Virus record (IMG/VR): IMGVR_UViG_3300048599_000797
Source: an uncultured virus (IMG/VR IMGVR_UViG_3300048599_000797)
Lineage: Duplodnaviria > Heunggongvirae > Uroviricota > Caudoviricetes
DNA: 20,000 nt
Reading direction: 5' to 3' (one strand)
Numbering within the stretch: the stretch's first letter is position 1; each line of letters begins with the position of its first letter. The position numbers were made by a program, and so were the translations under genes. Shown here in pieces: positions 15,087 to 20,000 of the stretch. The notes beneath the pieces were generated by a model. The model was not told the origin of the DNA. It saw nothing but the letters and a program-made list of their open reading frames with translations, and searched no databases.

Positions 15087-16481
15087 TCAGGTGAAGAGCT
15101 TGCCGCCGCCGTTGGTCGGCTTGGGAGCCATGGCCGGGCGATCGGTGGGCGAGGCCGGCAGTTCCGCCAGTCGCTGTTCGACCAGGTGCAGCATGTCGTC
15201 GAGCTCCTGCTGGTCCGTGAGCAGCTTCTGGATCGCCTCCCATGCGGCTTTCCCGTCGCCCTTGTGCTTCATGCCACGCATGATCGAGTGCGCCTTCATC
15301 CAGGCCTCGGAGCGTTGCGGCTGGGCCGGCTGAGCCTTGGCCGGAGGTGTGGACGTGGGCGCCGTCTGGGCGGGCTTCTGCGTGGCCGATGGAGCCGCAG
15401 GAGCGGGCTTGGTGGCGGGGGCCGGCTTCTGCGCCGCGGGGGCCGTCGCGGCCTGCTGCGTGGGCTTGGTGGCCTTGCGGGGCGCGGCTTTGGCGGCCTT
15501 CTCGGCGGCCGTCGGCGGGAGCTCGACATGCTCGGCCGGCACGGTGACCGTTTCGGTTTTGGGCGGCTCCGGGGGCTGGCTCTGGACCGCGGGCTCGATC
15601 ACCTCGACCGGCCCGGCCGGAGCCTGGGGCTGCTCTTCCTTGGGCTGCGGCAGCCGCTTGACCTCCGCGTCGTAATTGTCGGGCATCGTGCTCAGTACGC
15701 CCGAGGCATCAAGGGTCGCGGGGAGCACCACGTCGATCCGCGATTGGCTCTCCTGGCTGAGCCCCATTTCGCGCTCGCGCATCAAGTCCAGGTCGTCATT
15801 GGAGAGAATGCCGAGCATCAGCTCGGGCGTGTAGCGGCGAGCCCACTTGGTGCAGCCCGTGTACCACAGTTTCTGCTCGGGATCCTTCCACCACATGTCG
15901 TTCTTGGTCTTGGCCTGAGCGACGGTCAGACGCACGGCCTCGACGCCCATCCGCAACAGCTTGCGGGCCGCCACGCGGTCCTCCTGGTCGGTGTACGCCT
16001 CGAGCAGCTCGTAGGCATCGTCGCTGACGTCGCCCTCGCGCTTGGCGAACACCACCGCCGCCAGATCGTCGCCTTTGCCGGGCCCGTACATGATCGACAG
16101 CGGCTTGCTCAGTCCGGCCCGCGTGTTGACAATCGCGGCGATGAGCTTGCCCTGGTACCCCAGCTTGTTGCCCACCACGTAGGTTTCGGCGGCCACCGCG
16201 AAAATATCCGCGCCCCACCGCACGGCCTGGTTGGCGACGAGAATGCAGTTGGCCACCGTCTGCTGCCAGGCAATATGGCCGCGTTTCTCCTCGGGCACGT
16301 TGGTCAGGTCCGACTTGCGGACCTTGAGGTGCACGGGCGTGAGCGGGGCGGCGGCGAGCTTTTCCGCCTGCTCACAGACGAACTTCCACATGCTCTCCGC
16401 GTCGTTGCGCACGGCAGGTGCCTTGGCCGGCGGTACGGCCACGGGCGGCGTTTCGGTGTGGGTTTGAAGCGAAGTCGACAT
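15087..16481 (-). CDS. recT: RecT-family single-strand annealing protein with long Ala/Pro/Lys-rich tail
   Basis: ANCILVANQAVRWGADIFAVA.ETYVVGNKLGYQGKLIAAIVN and WWKDPEQKLWY...WARRYTPELMLGI. Close to the exonuclease. ATG 16481 follows GGAGAACGCT. Confidence 0.82.
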   Translation of the reverse strand: MSTSLQTHTETPPVAVPPAKAPAVRNDAESMWKFVCEQAEKLAAAPLTPVHLKVRKSDLTNVPEEKRGHIAWQQTVANCILVANQAVRWGADIFAVAAETYVVGNKLGYQGKLIAAIVNTRAGLSKPLSIMYGPGKGDDLAAVVFAKREGDVSDDAYELLEAYTDQEDRVAARKLLRMGVEAVRLTVAQAKTKNDMWWKDPEQKLWYTGCTKWARRYTPELMLGILSNDDLDLMREREMGLSQESQSRIDVVLPATLDASGVLSTMPDNYDAEVKRLPQPKEEQPQAPAGPVEVIEPAVQSQPPEPPKTETVTVPAEHVELPPTAAEKAAKAAPRKATKPTQQAATAPAAQKPAPATKPAPAAPSATQKPAQTAPTSTPPAKAQPAQPQRSEAWMKAHSIMRGMKHKGDGKAAWEAIQKLLTDQQELDDMLHLVEQRLAELPASPTDRPAMAPKPTNGGGKLFT

Positions 16482-16517
16482 AGCGTTCTCCAAAGTTTGG
16501 GTGTTGTAGATGGTGGG

Positions 16518-17042
16518 TTATTCACCGGTGAAGGGGCTCGACGAGTTGCGAATCTCCCCGAGCATGACTTTCGGGTCGATCAAGTGGTACGTGCCGCCGA
16601 TCTGGAGCTGTACCGGCATCCGCTCGCGCGCGGCGAGAACGATCGCCTCCGCGAGCGCGCTCGCGGTATCGAATCCCAACTGCGGGATGGCGATGATCAT
16701 CGACGTCCCGTCGGGCAGTCTGTGCAGTTTGTGCCGCAGGTACCCGCGGGACGTGGTCGAGCACTGGGGCGCGTTGTCGCCGGCCGCGTCGGGATGCTTC
16801 GGCTGCTCGGGATTCTCCTCGGGCTCTGGCGGCGAGAGGAACAACTTCTGGCCGATGCCGCGATTGGGCTTACCGTCGCTGAACGTCGGGCGGAACATGC
16901 GGGCGAGCGCGCCCAGCATCTCGTCGAAGCAGAGCTCGGCGTGATCGAGCTTGCCGAAGCGATCAGCGATCACGTGGAAGTTGCTGCGCTGATACTCGGC
17001 GATGATCGTCACGCGTTGGGGTTGGCTGTTACTGATCGGCAT
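16518..17042 (-). CDS. Hypothetical protein (174 aa) between exonuclease and RecT
   Basis: ATG 17042 overlaps the exonuclease end, with GGAG upstream. Confidence 0.65.
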   Translation of the reverse strand: MPISNSQPQRVTIIAEYQRSNFHVIADRFGKLDHAELCFDEMLGALARMFRPTFSDGKPNRGIGQKLFLSPPEPEENPEQPKHPDAAGDNAPQCSTTSRGYLRHKLHRLPDGTSMIIAIPQLGFDTASALAEAIVLAARERMPVQLQIGGTYHLIDPKVMLGEIRNSSSPFTGE

Positions 17043-17958
17043 TGTTGGCAAACTCCATAAAATCGGTGAAAGGTTCGACGCTCCCGGGATTTTCATCCCA
17101 CTTCCATTTCAAAACCTGGGTCAACGTGCAGCGGCCGAAGCCATGGCCGCGCCAGTCGCCCGATGCCAGCCTCGCCCGCACCTCGGCCAACGAGATGTGG
17201 GTGTGGCGCATCCCCAGTTCGACGTCATGCTCGGCCAACTCCTTGAGCCGCGCACGGAACGGGGGCACGTTTTCCACGAACAGGAACACCCACCGGTTGG
17301 GCCTGGAATAGGCTCGTTCGGTGTGCTCCCAGTACATCCCGGCCTGGCTGTAGTAGCCCATGCCGGTGACCTGTTTCTCGATCCAGCGGTCGTCGCAGCC
17401 GCCCGAGAATTTCAGGTCCAGAATGTCCAGCGCGTTGCGGAACTGGCAGAGCTTGTCCAGCCGCACGCGGGTCGGCAGGCCCGTCGCCTGGTCGACCATA
17501 AACAGCGAGTGCTCGACGTACCCCTGGGTCTCGAGGTACGCCTTGATCTGCGGGTCGGCCAGGCAGTGTTCGCGGGCGTAGCTGAGTGCGCTGAACTCAT
17601 CGCGCTTGATCACCGGCACGTTGGGCAGGGCCTGGCCGATCTTTTCCCAGCCGCCGGGCGCCACCGATCCGGCTTTGGTCAGGAAATCCTGCGGCACGAG
17701 TGTGGGCTTGATCTGCTCCAGCAGCCAGGCGTGCAGCGCCGAGCCCATGACCATCGCCCGCGTCTGCGAGAATTCGACGCGCCGGAGGATGTACTTCCAC
17801 TCGAACATCTCCGGTTCGTCCGGCAGATACTTGAGCTGGCTGTGGGACCAGTTGCCCATACGGTGGTACCGGTCGTTGGGCATGTCGACGTGCACGCACT
17901 TGCCGTCGGGCGGCGCGATGATCTCTTTTTGTGGGTTAGGAGGCAGAACCACGATCAC
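17029..17958 (-). CDS. RecE/exonuclease VIII-like PD-(D/E)xK nuclease (DUF3799-like)
   Basis: DMPNDRYH, SHSQLK, GSALHAWLLE, VEHSLF, RVRLD, ILDLK and YYSQAGMY. Confidence 0.9.
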   Translation of the reverse strand: MIVVLPPNPQKEIIAPPDGKCVHVDMPNDRYHRMGNWSHSQLKYLPDEPEMFEWKYILRRVEFSQTRAMVMGSALHAWLLEQIKPTLVPQDFLTKAGSVAPGGWEKIGQALPNVPVIKRDEFSALSYAREHCLADPQIKAYLETQGYVEHSLFMVDQATGLPTRVRLDKLCQFRNALDILDLKFSGGCDDRWIEKQVTGMGYYSQAGMYWEHTERAYSRPNRWVFLFVENVPPFRARLKELAEHDVELGMRHTHISLAEVRARLASGDWRGHGFGRCTLTQVLKWKWDENPGSVEPFTDFMEFANNADQ

Positions 17959-18163
17959 CTCCTGCCGTCGCGGGCTGCAGCACCGGCGTTTTCTGCTCCG
18001 GCGGGCCTCTCTTCGTGTTGTCGCGCGAGAGGCGATAACACTGCGGGGCCGCCACGCCGACCCGCACGTAACTTCCGTTGATCCGGGTGACGAGCACTTC
18101 CACGCGACCGCCTGGGCCGTCGATAAAGAACTTCTCGCCGGCCCTCCTTGAAATCATCAGCAT
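17936..18163 (-). CDS. csrA: Phage-encoded CsrA/RsmA-family RNA-binding translational regulator
   Basis: MLMISRRAGEKFFI...VEVLVTRINGSYVRVGVAAP...LSRD matches CsrA MLILTRR.GE...VRIGI.AP....HREE. Confidence 0.88.
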   Translation of the reverse strand: MLMISRRAGEKFFIDGPGGRVEVLVTRINGSYVRVGVAAPQCYRLSRDNTKRGPPEQKTPVLQPATAGGDRGSAS

Positions 18164-18215
18164 CTTGCGTTCTCCATAGGAAATAGGCTTATCCCCGCCA
18201 TGCAGCGGGCGATTG

Positions 18216-18653
18216 CTACTCTTCGATGTGTGGCAACTTCGACGACGTTGACATGATGATCGCTTCCATGAGCTTGGGGTCGATCGTGTAGTAGACGCCG
18301 TGGAAATCCAACTGCACGCACGTGAGCGATTTCAACGCGACCCACGTTGCCTCGGCGATTGCTTCGTGAAACGCGCACGTGTCAGTTCGGGGAACGACGC
18401 GAATCCAGCGTTTGCCGTTCCGTGAAAGTTCCGACACCCGGCGCAACACCAGTTCGGTCGAAGTTGGATGGGCCCGGTTGGAGTCCTCGACCGCGGTAAG
18501 TTGCTTTTCGACCGTCTCGCGTTCCGATCGCTCGATCGACAGTTCTCGATTCAGCTCAGCGATCCGTTCGGTAGTAATGCACAGAGGGCAGCGGTCGCTC
18601 GCGGAGTGAACCACGATCCCGTCGTGGTGATCGCACGTCTTCATGCCGGTCAT
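18216..18653 (-). CDS. Hypothetical protein (145 aa) with Cys/His knuckle and coiled coil
   Basis: CDHH...CPLC; RBS AAGGGAGAACGCC. Confidence 0.8.
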   Translation of the reverse strand: MTGMKTCDHHDGIVVHSASDRCPLCITTERIAELNRELSIERSERETVEKQLTAVEDSNRAHPTSTELVLRRVSELSRNGKRWIRVVPRTDTCAFHEAIAEATWVALKSLTCVQLDFHGVYYTIDPKLMEAIIMSTSSKLPHIEE

Positions 18654-18684
18654 TGGCGTTCTCCCTTCGTGATGATGGACCTAC

Positions 18685-18712
18685 GAAAAGCCGGCCTAGG
18701 AGTATCGCCGGC
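18685..18712 (-). terminator. Weak intrinsic terminator-like hairpin
   Basis: Minus strand GCCGGC-11 nt-GCCGGC followed by TTTTC. Confidence 0.35.
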
Positions 18713-18856
18713 ACGGGGGCTCGTTCTCCCACACTCCCCTTTGGTGCACCTGTGCTTCTCGCGCCCCGTCCCGGGCACCCGGGCGGATTGCCAGCCGGTT
18801 TAACTCTGCTTGCGGGCAGGCCGCTCGGAGTTCCGGCGTCCGTTCGGCAACGCTGT

Positions 18857-18891
18857 GAAAAGCCGAGCGCGTGACTGGAAAACGCGCTCGG
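18857..18891 (-). terminator. Intrinsic terminator-like hairpin downstream of the recombinase
   Basis: Perfect 10-bp inverted repeat (18863-18872/18882-18891), followed by CTTTTC on the minus strand. Confidence 0.5.
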
Positions 18892-19003
18892 TCGCCGTGC
18901 GCTACGCCGCGCGCGGCGAATCCCGTTGCAAGGGTCCGGCCGCGCGTAGACAGGGGGCCGCGCGGCCGGGTGACCGCGCACCGCGCGCGGCCCGTGAGGA
19001 TCG

Positions 19004-19930
19004 TTAGAACAGCATCAACTGACGCTCGTGCGATGGAATTGGAAGCGCTGGCAGCACGTCGACGGCCCGCCGGTTTTCCGCGATCGTCGGGTCGATGTAG
19101 TGCCGGAGCGTAATCGCTGGTGAAGAATGGCCGGCCTGCGATTGGGCGAGTTCCAGACTGTCCACCGCAAGATACGACAGGTTCCAGCGTCGAATCGAAT
19201 AGAAGATGTCCTTGGTGACACGGCTGGGATGAATCCCCGCGGACTCCATGATCTTCCGTGCGGACGTCCAAAGGTGCCGCCGGCAGTGTGGCCATGGCCA
19301 CACCAATTCGCGGCTCGTATTGAAAATCTCGGCGACCGCTGAAACGGCCCAAGACGCCAACGGATAGACCTTGCCACGGCCGGTCTTGACAGTCCCGTGG
19401 CGTACGCGGATCCGGCCCGCCTGGAGGTCCACATCTTCGGTCCGCGTCCGCACCAACGCACCAGGTCGCTCGCCAGTGCTCGCCGTCACCAGGAACAGAC
19501 TCGCCCAGAAGTTGGATCGCGAAATTCCAGAAATCTGCCCCGCCAACCCAGCGCACCTGGAGATCAACGCCCGCAGCTCGTCGGTGGATCTCGCGCGCGG
19601 AGGATCGTAGCACTCCCGCATGCGGGGGACGTCCCGAGGAAGATCGCGGACGACATCCTTCCGCCAGGCACAACGCCACAACGCCAAAATCTTCGACCGC
19701 TTTCCATTCACGGTCGCCGGCGAATCCCCAGCAGCAACTCTCGACTGGAGGAACGCGACGACCACCTCGTCGCATAAGTCCGCCACCGGGGAACCGCAGA
19801 ACTCGTCGTATTGCCGCGCAACACGCTCGATTTCGGCGACCGCGCGCGGCGTGATTCCGAGTCGACTGGGGACGTAGACCGAACGGCAAAACGCCACTAG
19901 CGACATTGCGCCATACGTTGCGAAGTACAT
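19004..19930 (-). CDS. Tyrosine recombinase/integrase-family protein
   Basis: SPATVNGK core-binding region, TGER (Arg), VKTG (Lys), YSIRR (HxxR with H->Y), GHSS (His) and RHY (Tyr). Start at ATG 19930 or GTG 19936. Confidence 0.9.
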   Translation of the reverse strand: MYFATYGAMSLVAFCRSVYVPSRLGITPRAVAEIERVARQYDEFCGSPVADLCDEVVVAFLQSRVAAGDSPATVNGKRSKILALWRCAWRKDVVRDLPRDVPRMRECYDPPRARSTDELRALISRCAGLAGQISGISRSNFWASLFLVTASTGERPGALVRTRTEDVDLQAGRIRVRHGTVKTGRGKVYPLASWAVSAVAEIFNTSRELVWPWPHCRRHLWTSARKIMESAGIHPSRVTKDIFYSIRRWNLSYLAVDSLELAQSQAGHSSPAITLRHYIDPTIAENRRAVDVLPALPIPSHERQLMLF

Positions 19931-19951
19931 CGCCACCCCCCCTAAAAGCGG

Positions 19952-19974
19952 TTTCGCAATGGTAGCATGCGAAA
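19952..19974. promoter_or_regulatory. Inverted repeat TTTCGCA-N9-TGCGAAA upstream of the recombinase (operator-like)
   Basis: Perfect 7-bp arms in a locally AT-richer stretch. Confidence 0.4.
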
Positions 19975-20000
19975 AACACTCTACGTGTGGAGAGATCCAT

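Larger units (their letters stand above)
1..20000 (-). mobile_element. Temperate phage/prophage early-middle region (recombination, replication, methylation, nin-like genes, start of late region)
   Basis: Unidirectional, coupled gene array in lambdoid-like order: recombinase, RecE/RecT, replication initiator, MTases, small ORFs, RusA. No host housekeeping genes or element ends are visible. Confidence 0.9.

Noticed and set aside
15030..17060. 676-aa plus-strand ORF, and similar long plus-strand ORFs at 12139-13707, 4576-5877, 10803-11927 and 17002-18081
   Set aside because: Antisense shadows of well-supported minus-strand genes in high-GC DNA. They are Arg/Gly-rich with no motifs.
18654..19003. 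tRNA gene or att site next to the recombinase
   Set aside because: No cloverleaf or T-loop GTTCGA context, and no duplicated core seen in the window.
18696..20000. 434-aa minus-strand ORF overlapping the recombinase
   Set aside because: Alternative frame with no recognisable domain; the recombinase frame carries the catalytic motifs.

Overview
The window looks like the early/middle region of a high-GC temperate phage or prophage, with about 35 tightly packed CDSs, all on the minus strand and often joined by ATGA/TGATG overlaps. In transcription order (right to left) it carries a tyrosine recombinase, a structured ~350-nt leader, a CsrA homologue, a RecE-like exonuclease and RecT-like annealase, and a replication initiator with an internal iteron cluster. 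Next come an acidic protein with three RNA-polymerase alpha-CTD-like domains, C5-cytosine and N6-adenine DNA methyltransferases, small Zn-finger/HTH/LuxR/ASCH genes and a RusA-like resolvase. Where lambdoid phages keep their lysis genes, there is instead a permuted papain-like (YiiX/YaeF) hydrolase, a secreted trypsin-like protease and several unknown, partly overlapping ORFs. Main candidates for new biology: (1) a GGAGAACG(C) motif at many start codons plus a GGA-rich leader, in a phage encoding its own CsrA; (2) the protease cassette in the lysis position; (3) the triple alpha-CTD protein; (4) an atypical recombinase ending in a sliding-clamp motif. A Planctomycetota-like host is only an inference. 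All calls were made by eye, without database searches.
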